Positions 46,156 to 59,473 are shown, numbered from the whole stretch's first letter. The stretch: 60,268 nucleotides of DNA, filler included, from Globobulimina sp. (GCA_003354225.1; 12 parts of 12 records of this genome joined end to end with filler, not necessarily neighbours in it); one strand, 5' to 3'. Notes: generated by a model from the sequence alone, not told the origin. Numbers and translations are program-made.

Positions 46156-46222
46156 CTGTCGCCTCAGGATTTGAACCTGAATCTTCTGGATTAATCCAGT
46201 GCTCTGCTTGAGCTATGCGGTC
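46156..46222 (-). pseudogene. tRNA-like cloverleaf with 4-nt anticodon loop and broken acceptor stem
   Basis: Paired D, anticodon and T stems with a canonical GGTTCAAATCC B box. No 7-nt anticodon loop and no GG in the D loop. Confidence 0.75.
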
Positions 46223-46622
46223 ATATGTACAAATGTATTAATTAATGGTGAGATATTTATTATAAAATGTAATGGTTAAATTCATATAAAAAACCAATAC
46301 GAACACCAATATAACATCTCTCGTTGCGATAATATTGAATGGATCCATCATTTAGATGACGTGTTTGAGGTGTTTCTCATTTCTAATTTTATACTATCGC
46401 TTAATTAATTGTGGAGTTCGACCATGCGACTCTAGCAAAGGACTGTGTCGTTGAGTGCCATGACGAAAGCAAAATGTTATGTTTCTAATGACAAAAGTTT
46501 TTTTTTCTTCAATTATCAAAGCGTTCATTGAAGAAATGAACTAAAAGCAAAAACCCTATTATGTATTAAAATCATCTGCCTTAGCTTCAAATTAAAAAAA
46601 CTTTTACTCCGCTGTGTAAACC

Positions 46623-48438
46623 ATGCAATACGACTCTTTAGTAATATCAATCGCATTGATTGGCATTGGCGAATTGCTTTTGATATCAGTATTCTGGTTC
46701 GTCCATTTAAAAAAATACAAAAACAACCCAATTTACCATATCAGAAATATAAATTTTTGGATGTTATCAATATTAACTTCTGCTGTTGCTTTCACGACAA
46801 GAGCTATCATGACATATTTTAGAGCTAATGGTTATATCTCAAAACAGCTATTCTTTATTATATCAACATTTATTGTAATAATGATAGGTTTTAGTTTTGA
46901 TTTTGGAAGGTTTGTAAATTAATAACTTTCGTGTGTTTTTAAACAACAACAACAAAATTACAGAGTGTTATTTCTATGGTATTCACTTAAATTACAGCGT
47001 TTTGAACAGGATTCATTTCTTAAAAAGCATTTATATGGAAAACAAAGGGATATATCAAAAACGCCTTTTCTATATAGAAACGCAAACTTTTTTGGTAAAC
47101 CAAGCAGAGCATTCATGGTATTAGAAATCTGGATGTTTTTCTTTTGGATTGCATACACATTAACTATTCTAATCGCTGATGATTTCGAGTTGGCGAACAA
47201 GATTCTTTCATTCTCATTAACATTTTTAATGATTCCTGTGCTTATATTAGTATTTCAGTTATGGTGTTACAACCAAAGCTCCGTTAAAAGTATCAAAAAA
47301 CAGAATAAAAATTCAGATTCTGCTGAGCTAGCGCTGTATGCATATAATACCACATTCCGCGACGTATTTCGGTTCAGATTAGAAATTACTTTATTTTTAG
47401 TTATGTTTGTTATAATATTACCAGGAGTTGCTATATTGCAACAGAAATATGACCTTACTGTCATCGACGAAGACGGTATATATGCAATAGTTATATTTAG
47501 TTTACTTGAATCCATTTCAAATACAATCAGTATCTTTATACAAGTGTTCATTCCTTATTTGACATTCAAACAAAACATATCTAAATTCCATCAGGCAGAC
47601 ACTACAAATTCATCAATCTCTTTATTGGATGTATTATCTCAAAAATACAGCTTTTTTCTATTTATTGAGCAGTTAGTTCAGGTATATAATTATATATAAT
47701 ATATGCGAATTAATTGATATGTTTCCATGTTTTCAGGAATTGTCTTTTGAAAATTTATCATTTTTGATTGAAGTGTATCAGTTTAAGAATATAACAAAGG
47801 ATATGCTCAAACGTAGAGAGAAAAGGCGACAAATTAAACAAAGTCAGATATCGATGTCTATGAAAAATGAAGAAATAAAGGAAACTGAAGTCAGCGCACA
47901 AAGTGTGACTGATGAGTTTTCAGCAACATTTCTAAGCTCACCACATTCCATAAATTCTAAAATGAGCGGATACTCTCAATATTCGCAACAAATAAATGGT
48001 GCAGATTCCCTTTATTTTTCTCAAATATTATGTAGATTTCCGTGGAGAGGGTTGCCATTAACTGATACCATTGTCAATTCAACAGATTTTAATAAAATGA
48101 ACCAAGCACAAAATATCTATGATAAGTATATCAATGAGACATCGTATTATGCGATAAATATTAAAGGGAGCGCATTTGATGAGGTATATAACAGAATGAA
48201 TGAATTAAAATTATGGAAAGCTGTGAGAATGAATGAAGAAGAGATTGTTTACGAACAAAACGCTGTGAAATCGGAAACTGACTTAGAAATGGAATGCATT
48301 AAAACAGAATACGAATGGAATGAGGCGATGCTAAAAGTGTTTGATTATGCATTGCCAGATATATTTCAAAATTTAGAAGACTCCATGATGAGGTTCCGTA
48401 AAACGGAACAATTTTTATTGTTGATTGGGTCGCAATAA
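46623..48438 (+). CDS. 7TM-RGS protein (seven TM helices fused to a regulator of G-protein signalling domain), 3 exons
   Basis: Seven hydrophobic segments, then FIEQLVQ|ELSFENLSFLIEV, AQNIYDKYI, AINI and VFD...LEDSMMRF. Introns 46910..46963 and 47682..47736. Confidence 0.88.
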
Positions 48439-48671
48439 AAAGTGTTTTTATTGTGTACATTAGTGTTTCAATTACAGTGTTCAGCATACAATTATGCATC
48501 GTATTTTTTTGTATCTGTTTCGTTGAACAGGTTACAAAAACACAATAATAGTCACAAAACAAAATATAGACATACAACAAGAATATATACGTTATAATTA
48601 TCACGGAAACAAAACTTTTTTTGAAGTGATCTAGCCGAGTCATCAACACATTTATTCTGCGACCAAAAAGA

Positions 48672-49616
48672 ATGAGCGTCAGAGGTGCTTGGTGTACACA
48701 TGAGTTGTCAATATCTGATGAAGTGTTAAAATACTTACAATCAAATGTTGATTTCATATTGCTTGAAGAGAAAGAATTAGAAAGTAATGGATTTACACGT
48801 TGCGTGGATCATCCATCAGTGCCAAATCATATATATTATGAAGGATATTTTCATGGTTTAGGCACAACATCGGGCGCAGTAAACAGTATAAATCCACGCT
48901 TAGGTTCAAATATGATGAAACCCGCTGCATCATTATCACTTCGTGCATTTATCAATGTATTTAAAGAAATCAATGCTTTTTGGATTGATAACGCAATTAA
49001 AGATACATTTGTTGAGAATGGACAATTGAAGAAACAATTATTTTGTGATTTTGCTGTACAAATCCATTTTGGTGATCACATTGACTCAAAACATGTCGGA
49101 TGGCATATGGATTCGTGTAACTCTATGCTTCATTTAGCATTGTCATTGCATAGTAAACGCGCAGTGCATTATAAAGTGAATAAAGATATGGTTACAATTA
49201 AAGTTGAAGACAATGATTTGGACGGAAAAGAAAGCGTAGATTCAGAATATAAAGATGGTGAAATAAAAGTAAGATGGCAAAAAGAGGGCGATGCTTATTT
49301 ATCATCACCGTATGCATTTTTGCATGGCGTGGAATATCCAGAAATGTCATGGGAGGATAGGATTATTGCAGTTCAATGTCGATGGTTATTTAATAGGGAG
49401 CAATACAATGATATGTTTAATCATCATAAGGAATGGGATGCGCTCATGAATCAAATTACTGATATTTCCAATAAAACTCAAGTTATGATGCCGACACTAC
49501 AGCTAGTTATTGAAATGGAGAAAAGAATTGCAGCAACACAAAGTGATAAAGATATACAACAAATTAACAATGAAAATGCGGAAACAAAGAGTGAGAATAC
49601 ATGTGTTATTTTGTAA
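48672..49616 (+). CDS. Putative Fe(II)/2-oxoglutarate dioxygenase-fold protein with C-terminal CaaX (CVIL)
   Basis: WHMD (HxD)...GDAY...FLHGV...RIIAVQCR pattern; terminal CVIL-stop. Confidence 0.65.
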   Translation: MSVRGAWCTHELSISDEVLKYLQSNVDFILLEEKELESNGFTRCVDHPSVPNHIYYEGYFHGLGTTSGAVNSINPRLGSNMMKPAASLSLRAFINVFKEINAFWIDNAIKDTFVENGQLKKQLFCDFAVQIHFGDHIDSKHVGWHMDSCNSMLHLALSLHSKRAVHYKVNKDMVTIKVEDNDLDGKESVDSEYKDGEIKVRWQKEGDAYLSSPYAFLHGVEYPEMSWEDRIIAVQCRWLFNREQYNDMFNHHKEWDALMNQITDISNKTQVMMPTLQLVIEMEKRIAATQSDKDIQQINNENAETKSENTCVIL

Positions 49617-49772
49617 GGAAATTGGGTACTTTTTTACTCTCACTTTTTATCCAGTATACCAGGCAAATTTGTATTGATTGAAATTGACTTTTTAGGGAAT
49701 CAAAAAAGCAAGCAAAATGATGACCGAGTTAGTGTGACTATACAATGCAAAACACTATGAACGTTAACAACT

Positions 49773-50229
49773 TTATTGACGTGTTAGTCGATCATTACCC
49801 GCAGTAATTCCCTGCGGTGTCGCTGGCGTAATGTCATTATTTGGTTGATCTTGATACAAATCTTCACCATCACCGTCGATACCATTCCCTTCAGCAAATA
49901 TATTCTCTCCAATATCCACTGGACTCATAGCATCACTGTCATCACTCATCACACTCAATGATTTAACAGTCATCCTAACGGGAACTGTAATATTATCCAA
50001 TTCACCGGATGCATCTGATGGTGTTACATAAAAAATATTATCTATATCATCAATGGTAATGTTGCCCACATTGTTTACCTGCGGAGCCAACTCAATATTA
50101 TTTAATTTATTTTTGGTTGCTTTGTTTTTATTTTGTTTTTGTTTTTGAATAAATACGTATACTGTTATTGCGCAGGAAATTAATATTAATATCAGTACAA
50201 TACAAATAAGTATGATAACGAATGTTAGA
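49773..50229 (-). CDS. TM helix and acidic cytoplasmic tail of a truncated type I membrane protein
   Basis: The frame is open upstream of track ORF 49773..50090, through a basic stop-transfer patch and a long hydrophobic helix at the contig edge. Confidence 0.7.
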
Positions 50230-50444
50230 NNNNNNNNNNNNNNNNNNNNNNNNNNNNNNNNNNNNNNNNNNNNTTAATTAATTAANNNNNNNNNNNNNNN
50301 NNNNNNNNNNNNNNNNNNNNNNNNNNNNNGGGTTAAATTCATTATCTAAAAACCGATTTAAAGTTGGCAATCTAAAGCGTAAGTGCCATGTAATCGAACC
50401 TTTTTGAGTTAGGTCACAGAAAATACTTAGTTAGCACTAGTCTA

Positions 50445-51056
50445 ATGGCTGAACAGAAAGAAGGGAAATCGGAGGATAATAACAATGCATTTGAAAACAG
50501 CTGCATTTTATTGATAGACCTGCAAAAAGCATGGACTGAAGACAAAAAAATATCAAAGTCATTTCCAAATATTCAGCAGAATGTTCAAAGATTGATATCA
50601 TTTGGAAGAGGCAATAAAATGCCCATTATTTATGTTTTTGCAGATTGCACAGAGGATAACAATTTATGGTGGAACTTTTTTAACAGCAAATTAAGTGACA
50701 CAAAATATGAGAAATGTCCTTTTTCAATTTCAAATAATAAACCGGATGAATCATTTGTAACACCATTGGAGACTGAAAAGATATTTTATAAATCAACATT
50801 TGATGCATTTCATGAAACCGCATTGCATGAATACTTACAAAGCAATAATATTACTGTAATTTATGGAGCCGGACTAAGAACATCAGTCTGCGTTTTACTG
50901 TCTCTCTATGGCGCCTTTATCAGAGGATATCATACATATATTGTTGAGGATTGTTGTGGTGATTTGACAAAAACTATCCACGATTCAGTCATCACGTCAT
51001 ATAATAAAGTCATGTGGAAACCAGTCACCATTTCGGAAAATCTAAAAATGACATAG
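50445..51056 (+). CDS. Isochorismatase-family cysteine hydrolase
   Basis: LLIDLQ, KSTFDAF and GLRTSVCV (Asp-Lys-Cys triad), plus RGY...VEDCCG. Confidence 0.92.
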   Translation: MAEQKEGKSEDNNNAFENSCILLIDLQKAWTEDKKISKSFPNIQQNVQRLISFGRGNKMPIIYVFADCTEDNNLWWNFFNSKLSDTKYEKCPFSISNNKPDESFVTPLETEKIFYKSTFDAFHETALHEYLQSNNITVIYGAGLRTSVCVLLSLYGAFIRGYHTYIVEDCCGDLTKTIHDSVITSYNKVMWKPVTISENLKMT

Positions 51057-51278
51057 CACTGCAAACAAATACCAATTCTGTTTTAAAGAAAAAATCATAA
51101 TGTTATAGAGATATATGAAAGAAAATATAATCCACATTATGAGAAAAAGGATAAATAAAACGACAAAAAAACATGTCAGAACATCCAAAATTAAACCAAA
51201 AAAAATAAACAAACAAATGCAAATTCACAAATTCATTCAAACAAATTCAAAAATATATTAAATCAAATAAATCAATGA

Positions 51279-54200
51279 TTAATTTGTGGTCCCGGTCCGA
51301 TTCGAATCAACAGTCACTTGATAATCCAATACAAAGTCCTTTTCTATTTTGAATAAAGTCTCGGAGTCCACAATTTGTCGCCCATCATTCAAATCAATTG
51401 GTACCGAAATCACAATTTGATGCCACAAAATAGTGCCAAAGCCCCATGCTACGGAATAACCCCATTCTTTACCATTAAGAGGCACCGTCGACGCAAACTC
51501 GCCTAAAAACTCAATTAAAATCACCTGCGCCACGATAGAAATCACAATAATTAACCAAAAAATTGGATTTTTATGTATCCATTCAAACACATTCCGTTCG
51601 TTGTTGACTTTCCGTGCATTTATCTCATTAAATATCTGCATCCATACAAACACATTAAACACAACCGTCAAATGTTCCGTGTATCGGCCAGATCTCTCAT
51701 CCGGTTCCTCTTCGATGCCTAACCACTCCTTTCCCATCGCCAAGGTCAACACCAACGCAGTTAACTGATAAATGGAATGACCAAAAATAAATCTCCATAG
51801 TACTTTGGTAATTAAATGCGAATCTTTCTTAAATGGATGGCGATCCAACAAGGCACGCGTTGGTTGCTCAGTTGCTATATACAAACAAACACAAACCATT
51901 TAAGCAAAAATGTAAGCCATATTATGCATATTTCACTGTACCTAAAGCCAAGGCAGCCATTGTATCCATAATCAAATTGACCCACAATAATTGTACCGCA
52001 GTCAACGGGTTTTGCCACGGCTGGTAAAAGGCACCAACTAATGATATGGTCAGAGCCGTCACATTCACCGTCAATTGGAATTGCACAAATTTCTTGATAT
52101 TGTCATACACGGAGCGTCCCCACATTACAGTCTTTTCGATAGAGGCAAAATTATCATCCATTATGATCACATCAGACGCCTCTTTCGCGACATCCGTGCC
52201 TTGTATACCCATTGAAAGGCCCACATCTGCGTTTTTTAGTGCCAACGCATCATTGGCACCATCTCCAGTCACCGCGACGATGTCTTTTGGCTCATTACAG
52301 GTCTTATACCAAATCACTAATTCTTCCTTATCCGCCGGTTTACTCCGTGCTAGCACTCTCAATCGAGGTAATATGGATTTTTTATCTTCGTTTGATAATT
52401 CTCGAAATTCACCGCCAGTCATACATATCTGAAAAATATTTTTGTTTAGAATTTAAAAGGTTTTTTTGAGTGAGGTCAGTTAAGAATGCATGGCGAAGCA
52501 TGGTGACTTAACGTGATCGGAGCAGGTTAAGATGCCACATTGTTTTGCGATATGTTTGGCAGTTTCTAAATGATCGCCAGTCACCATTCGAACCACAATG
52601 CCGGCTTTCTGACAGGTTTTAACTGCATCGGGTACTTCGGCACGAACCGGATCAGCAATACCTACACAACTGATCCATACCATGTTATTAAATAAACATT
52701 CTGCGTCTACGTCTTCTAATTTATACGACACAGTGGATTTAAATGGGATTTCATCCACGGAATACACTCGATATCCTACGCCTAAACATCGCAAACCTGT
52801 ACATGTCATTCGGTCCATCGCCTCAGATATCTGACTACGATTCGTATCGTTTAATTCGTCAATTTCCCCTTTTTTATTCATACGATAAGCACATAAATTC
52901 AATATTTGTTCCGCTGCTCCTTTTACATACATGACAAATTTGCTATTTGTAACGATGGTATCTCGAACTAATACGGAGGATCGCTTCACTTTACTGTCAA
53001 ATGGGAAAAATTTGGTCACTGGATTTTGTTCGCGAATTTCCTTATAATTGGATGCCCCCAAATCGATCACCCATTGCAATATGGCACAATCGGTCTGATT
53101 TCCACCCGTCAACGGCGGCTTTTGTTTGCCGTCAGCAATGGCTCTCCGTTCCGCATCTGATTTAGGCTCATCTTGAAAGGACTGAATAATTATTTGTATT
53201 AAGGGTTGGGTGCGAGGATAGGATGAAAAGGCTAAACTTTGGTGTTTACGCAGACAGCGACAGAAATGCGTTTATATGCAGCATCGGACATATCCTGACG
53301 ACTTGGTAAGTTTTTAAAATAACCCTGATTTGCATATAAATGGCATTTGGATACACTCATTTTGTTTGTGGTTAATGTGCCTGTTTTATCTGAACATATG
53401 GTAGTGGCATTTCCCATGGTCTCACAGGCGGCTAAATGACGCACGAAATTGTTATCTTTTAGCATTTTTTTCATCGAATAGGCCAAAGATATGGTCACTG
53501 CTAATGGCAAACCTTCGGGCACGGCCACAACGACAATGGTGACTGCGATAATAAAGAATTCGATGATTTTCACGTCCGGATCGACGGGGTCGTCCACTGC
53601 CCAATAAATGATTAAGATTAAAAACAAGGCGATTGCTACGGCCATGCCACCCCAACCAATTTGGGCGCCGAGGATTTCCAATTTATCCTGCAATGGCGTA
53701 TTATCGCGATCGTCATCCAATCTGTAAAAAAAACAAACACAGTGTGGTGACAGGGTCAAAATAAAAAAGATTTTCGCAACATGTTGAAGTAAAGCCACAC
53801 TCAAAAAAGATCTGCACTCAGTAACTTTGAGTGCAAGGAGGCGCATGACCCGCTATATAGAGCATATAGCAGCGAATATGCGCACTGCAGTACAACATAA
53901 CTTTGCCATCAATCGGCCCCATTCCGTCTTATCGCCAACGGCAATGGCAATCATCAACCCTTCGCCAGACACAATATTAGTGCCCTTCATCAACAAGGGA
54001 TGGAATCTATTCTTAGCTAATTCCTTGGACTCACCCGTCAAACCCGCTTCTTGCGCTTTTAAGTTCTCAGTGCCTAATACAAATATGCCATCCGCGGGGA
54101 TGGTAAATCCGTCCCTCAACACCACCAAATCGCCCACCACCACATCGCCAAACGGGATCTTCTTCTCTTCCCCGGCACGTAACACAATGCAGAACTTCAA

Positions 54201-54743
54201 TTTGCTCGCCGCCTCTTGCTTTCTGAATTGCTTTTCTTTTTGGAAATTGTTAAAACCGCCCACTAATACCACAATAACCACTGCTAATAATATGGCCAAG
54301 CCATCGATCCAGCCGTCCTCTGGGTGCTGAATGGCGCCGGTTATGATGGAGATGATACCGGCAATAATCAGTACGCGCAACATTGGGTCTTCCGTTTCTG
54401 CATAACATAATTTCCAAAATGGTATCGATGGCTTCTCGGTCACGTAATTGGAGCCGTATAAGGTTCGCCTATGTTGGAAGGCGTCGCCTTGTTCGTCGTT
54501 TACCTCATCTTTGCCTAAACCGTTGGACATATTTGTACGCAATGAATAGGAGATGCCTTCGACGCCGCCCATTTGTGCTAATATGCTGATGGCGGTGGAT
54601 TCTTCTTGGAAATGAGACATTAAATATGATAAATCGTCTTCTTCGAATAAAAATTTATGTTCAAACACATCTTTGCTTCGTTTAAAATCTGCTGCTTCTC
54701 TTTTGTGCGTGTAATAGGATTCTGTGTTTTGAATGAAACTCAT
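51279..54743 (-). CDS. PMCA: P2B-type (PMCA-like) Ca2+-transporting ATPase, at least 5 exons
   Basis: [51 protein letters not shown] and [10 protein letters not shown]. Introns 53722..53901, 53182..53237, 52429..52512 and 51875..51941. The start is uncertain. Confidence 0.95.
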
Positions 54744-55432
54744 TTTTTATGCACTAGGCTCACTTCAATGGGCGGAGCCAAGGAAGAATCGGTTGGTGCT
54801 TTGTTTTTTTTTATTGGTTTGTGTCGATGATGGTGTCTGTGGTTGATTTTTTCTTTAAGTTTTTCTAAAGCTTTTGAGCCAAATGTTGTTTTGGTGATAA
54901 CATTATTTTGGTACGATTTTATTTTGTTTTTTTGAATAAGCAGAAATACTGCAATTGTGCGCTTAATATCAAAGAAAAGAATAAACGTCTTGATGTATGC
55001 AAACATAATAAGAAAAAGAAAAGAAAATGAATTGGAATTAATTTTATTATAATTTGTGTATGAAATTATTGAAATATCAATATATATATTATTATTATAA
55101 CACAACTATTGAGCTAATTTTCATTGTGGTGATCGGACTTCAACTTTTGCAGTCGATTGCAGTGATCCATTACCAATCTGATTGTGACTATTGAGCAAAC
55201 GCACGTCTACTAATATACAAATAAGACTGTATACACAAATTCAGACTTTANNNNNNNNNNNNNNNNNNNNNNNNNNNNNNNNNNNNNNNNNNNNTTAATT
55301 AATTAANNNNNNNNNNNNNNNNNNNNNNNNNNNNNNNNNNNNNNNNNNNNTTTTTTTTTTCGCAAAATAATATTAATTCTGACATATGTAAATTATAAAT
55401 ATCGTCATGCTTATAACAAATTGCATGCATCA

Positions 55433-56961
55433 TCATTGCAAAATTGGTTCCCAAATTCCTAATGTCATCAACTCAGTTTTTTGTACCTTGTCTTTTTCAC
55501 CTTTTTCATCATCTGTTACAACATGATCTTGTCTTCCAACCAGTGACTGACCTCTAATTAGACGATATCGATGTGTTATTTTATCATTATCTTCATTAAA
55601 ATCAATATTTTTCTGTGTTAATGACAAAATATCATTAATTTGTTGCGTGTCATTAGAAATTCCCTGTAACGCTTTTGTATGATTTGATATTAATTCATTT
55701 AAATGTTGCTCAAATAATATTTTCTGTTCATTGACTCGATTTTTCAAATCGTCACAAATTGGCGCTTTTGATACTAATTTTTCTCTCAAATGTTCGTGTT
55801 TATTTGCCATTTCTTCATATTTAATTTGCTGATAATTTAATGTTGTTTTTATTTTTTCTATTTCATATTCATTTTGTTGCATCATTGAATCCATTTCATT
55901 ATTATAAGTAGTCTTTAATTCATTTAATTGTGTATATAAATTTGTTTTTTCTTCATTCAATTTTATAATATGAGTATCCAATCGATTTAAAGTAATCATT
56001 TTTTGTTTCAATGCATTTTCCAATTCGGTTTGCTCCTTTTTAGAATTTAATAATTCCCCTAACGTATTTTCATACAATTCCTTATTTTTTAGCAACTGCC
56101 CATGCAAATTATCTCTATCTTTTACAGCCATTTCCAATTTATTATTTTCTTCAATTAATTGAGAAATTTCGTTTTTTAAATTGTTTACTTTTTTCTCATT
56201 TTCATTAATATAATTTAGTAGTTTGCATTTCTCATTTTTTAAATTTTTCATTATATTCTTATTGGACTCATCGTTTGAAGCAATAACACCATTACAAAAA
56301 AGTATTTTCTTTTGCAAGTGATCAATATCCAGTTTTAGCTGATCATTCTGTGCCGATATCTGCTTTATTTTATTGTTTGCATTCGATTCTCTTTTTGCAT
56401 TCTCCTGCAATTTATTTTTATATGCACTGTGTTCACTTTTTAATAGTTTTAGTTTATTTTCAATGCCGGTCATGGAAGATACATACTGTTGTCTTTCATT
56501 CTGTAATTGTTGTTGTGTGTTATTTAAATCATATCTTAATTCAGCAATCGTTTTTGTTAACATTTGCAATGCAGAGTCGTCCTGATAGGCTGTGCTAAGT
56601 TTATTGCATTTGGGTGAGTTTAATTCTTTTACTGTCAAGATATTTGACAATCGTTTATTTTCATGGTGTTCCAGCTCTAATTGACTGTCTATGTTTTGTA
56701 AATACTCTTCCAATGATGATATTCTTTGATTTAATTCTTTCATATTTGTACATGTTTTGGGTTTAATTGCTGCAGTTTCATTATAGTTATCATTGTTGGC
56801 TGTTGCACAGTTACCGTTTTTTGTTGATGCGATTTGAGTTAATCTTGTGTTTAAATCAATAAGTTCTGTGGGTTTATATCATGTATAGATGTTATTGTTT
56901 ACAAACAAGGACATATTTGTTAACTTCGCACAAGCGCTTCGTCTCCATCGTCTTGAGTCAT
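55433..56961 (-). CDS. Long coiled-coil protein, 2 exons
   Basis: Heptad-rich ORF 55433..56743 is open upstream to an acceptor near 56866. A short first exon starts at ATG 56961 (MTQDDGDEALVR). Confidence 0.75.
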
Positions 56962-57508
56962 TTTGGGTAGTTTGGATTGATCGGAAAAGATTAATTGCGG
57001 CAGTTGTTTCCTATTTTTAGCCATTTGCAATATTATAATTCACGTGATTATGAAGTGTTTATAATTCTGCAACATTTATTATCATAATTAAGGTAAACTC
57101 GAGTTAGTCGACGCTGGGATCGATGATACCTTGAGTTTTCTGTTATGCTTGGAGTTGACACAGATGATTAATCAGATTAGAAGACTAATATTAGTTTAGT
57201 CTTCTTGAATCATTCAGGCAGTATAAACGGTATAAAATAAAAAAACGTAAAATTATGGATATTACTGGTAAATAAACACTAATTTACAACAGAATGAACG
57301 CAAAATAAAATCTGCAAAACAGAAACAAATATAAAACAATTCCCCATTACCATCAAAGCAACAATGAAAATATACTATCACTGGAATCTCACATTATAAA
57401 AATCCATGAAAGTATACTTTCAGTTTTACAGTGCATATAAAAAAAAACGTACATTAAAATTATAGCGTCAATAATATAAAAAAAATTAAAACGATCAAAT
57501 AAAGTTAA

Positions 57509-59210
57509 TTATTCCTGATAAATCCTAGCAATACGCATATGCGACGCTAAATTCCTCGCCGCATTGGTATGATTATACAAATTCCCATTAAAGTCATTGG
57601 TGACGTCTTTGCCATTCCGCTCCAACAAAATGGCCTTTCCGCCGGGATGCTTATTGTCCGCCACAAACTGCGTCACATCGTACACCACGAAAGAAACCAC
57701 GATATAAATTTTATTGTTTTCCTTTGCATTTCGCATTTCCGCCGCAAACTCCTCCTTTGTCCAAATGGCTAAGCTATGGAGCGGCACTCCGTAATTTATG
57801 CTCTCTTTCCGTTTCGCCAACCTTTTCTCAATCATATCCACCTCGCCTTTGACGATCTCATTCATGGGCAATTGGTACAAATCATCGGCCAAACCGCAGA
57901 CGTTCATGGCGGAAATGAACCATTTGGTCGGGTCATAGTCGTACCATTTGACCCCGTTGCGATAATCGTGCGGGAACTCGTGATGAAAATTGTGATAACC
58001 CTCACCTAAGGTCAGTAAGCCAGCGATGATGGAGTCCCGCGCGGAATTGGTATCGTCGAAGGTCTGCGCACCGACGTAATGAGCCACTGAGTTGATACAC
58101 CACGTGGCGTGATGCACTAATAACATTCTGTGGAGGCAAGGTTTAATTGTTTTAAGTGCGTAGAATCGCCATCATTTTGTCAAGCTGACATGTTTTAAGC
58201 CACTCAAAGTTTTTTCAGTGAGAAACTCTGAATATTCAATGTCAAGCTCTGTACAGTTTTTATTTGCGATTTTGCCAAAAACTGGGAACAAAAAAAAAGT
58301 GGATATTTAATTTGTACCTCAAAGCACCAATGATATAGAAACCACCACGAATATCATTGCAAAACCACCATCCGATCAAAGTGGGGAATATCAACGACAT
58401 AAAGGGCCCAAACCAGGCGTAATTGTTGTGTTGCCATCTTACAATGGGATTGGACTTCAAATCTTTCATATTTACGTGTGCATTGACATGGATATTGTCG
58501 AGCAATAACCAGCCGACGTGCGCATAAAAAAAGCCTCGTTGATAGTTATATGGATCGCTGTCGGTGTCGGTCCAGCGATGATGTGCTCGATGCAATAAGC
58601 ACCACCATTTGATACTGCCTTGCAAGGAACCCGTACCGCCAGCCATTAAAAATAATTCCAACGCTTTGTTCGTTGTATAAGAGCCATGCGACCACAACCT
58701 ATGATAACCTGTGCAGTGCAAGCATTTGTTTGGCCCATTTCGATGGCTTCAGACTGCAACAAATAAGAGTGTCAAAATGAAAAAATGAGTTTGAAAAATA
58801 AAAAAAAGTTTGAAACTGATCGAAAAAAATGATAGATTTGGGTTGTAGTGTTTTGTTCGCAAATTCGCAGTATGCGTCAAAGAGAAATTTCTCAGGGATT
58901 TGTACCTGCGGTGACACCCAATCCGGTCCAGGCATAAAATAAAAAGGCACAGAGCCATGTTTGCCATACAAATGTTTTGATAGTGCAGACCCCGTACAAT
59001 GCTAATAAGGGGACACCGAATACGATGGTACAATTCAACCAATTTATTCGCGACAAGAATGATCTTTGCTGTGTGGTGTTTGTGTGTGTGTTTTTTTGTG
59101 TTATTTGTGTGTATACGTAGACGTACAACTAAGTGATCATCGCGAATCAGTGATTTGGTGAATTCTTTTTGTGATTTTTCTCTACGAATTCTATCTTTAA
59201 GATCTGACAT
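57509..59210 (-). CDS. OLE1: Delta-9 acyl-CoA desaturase with C-terminal cytochrome b5 domain, 4 exons
   Basis: His boxes HRLWSH, HRAHH and GEGYHNFHH; YDPTKW; b5 motif HPGG. Introns 59069..59126, 58709..58905 and 58128..58317. Confidence 0.95.
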
Positions 59211-59473
59211 TGTAGCAACACTGATGCTGAAGGATGGTTTTTGGATATGTGACTGAAATTTTTTATTAATTTGCGAATCTAACAAATCTAATATTATTTG
59301 GTGTTAATGTCAAAGCAATATCTGATTATATTAAACACCTCCAATTCAAATTAAGTTACACAAGTTTTGCAGGAAAGTAGTTAGAGAAAGGATAGTTTTT
59401 AGACATTTTGGGAATATAGTAAATTATGGTCGATATTTGGAGCAATTGCAACAATTAGTCATCAATTTTAAGT

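Larger units (their letters stand above)
45900..46222 (-). mobile_element. tRNA-related SINE-like element, right copy (tRNA-like head, 4 hairpin repeats, conserved tail)
   Basis: The minus strand reads GACCGCA TA GCTC-AAGCA-GAGC A CTGGA-TTAA-TCCAG AAGAT TCAGG-TTCAAAT-CCTGA GGCGACA, then the repeats, then a tail ending in a TTTTG-rich tract. Confidence 0.65.

Noticed and set aside
46156-46222. Functional tRNA gene
   Set aside because: 4-nt anticodon loop, no D-loop GG and a mismatched acceptor stem.
55105-55196. Possible C/D snoRNA between ACTATTGAGC direct repeats
   Set aside because: No proper C box, terminal stem or recognisable rRNA guide.
57179-57205. 10-bp hairpin AGAAGACTAA/TTAGTCTTCT as a terminator
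   Set aside because: Eukaryotic AT-rich intergenic DNA; an isolated stem is compatible with chance.
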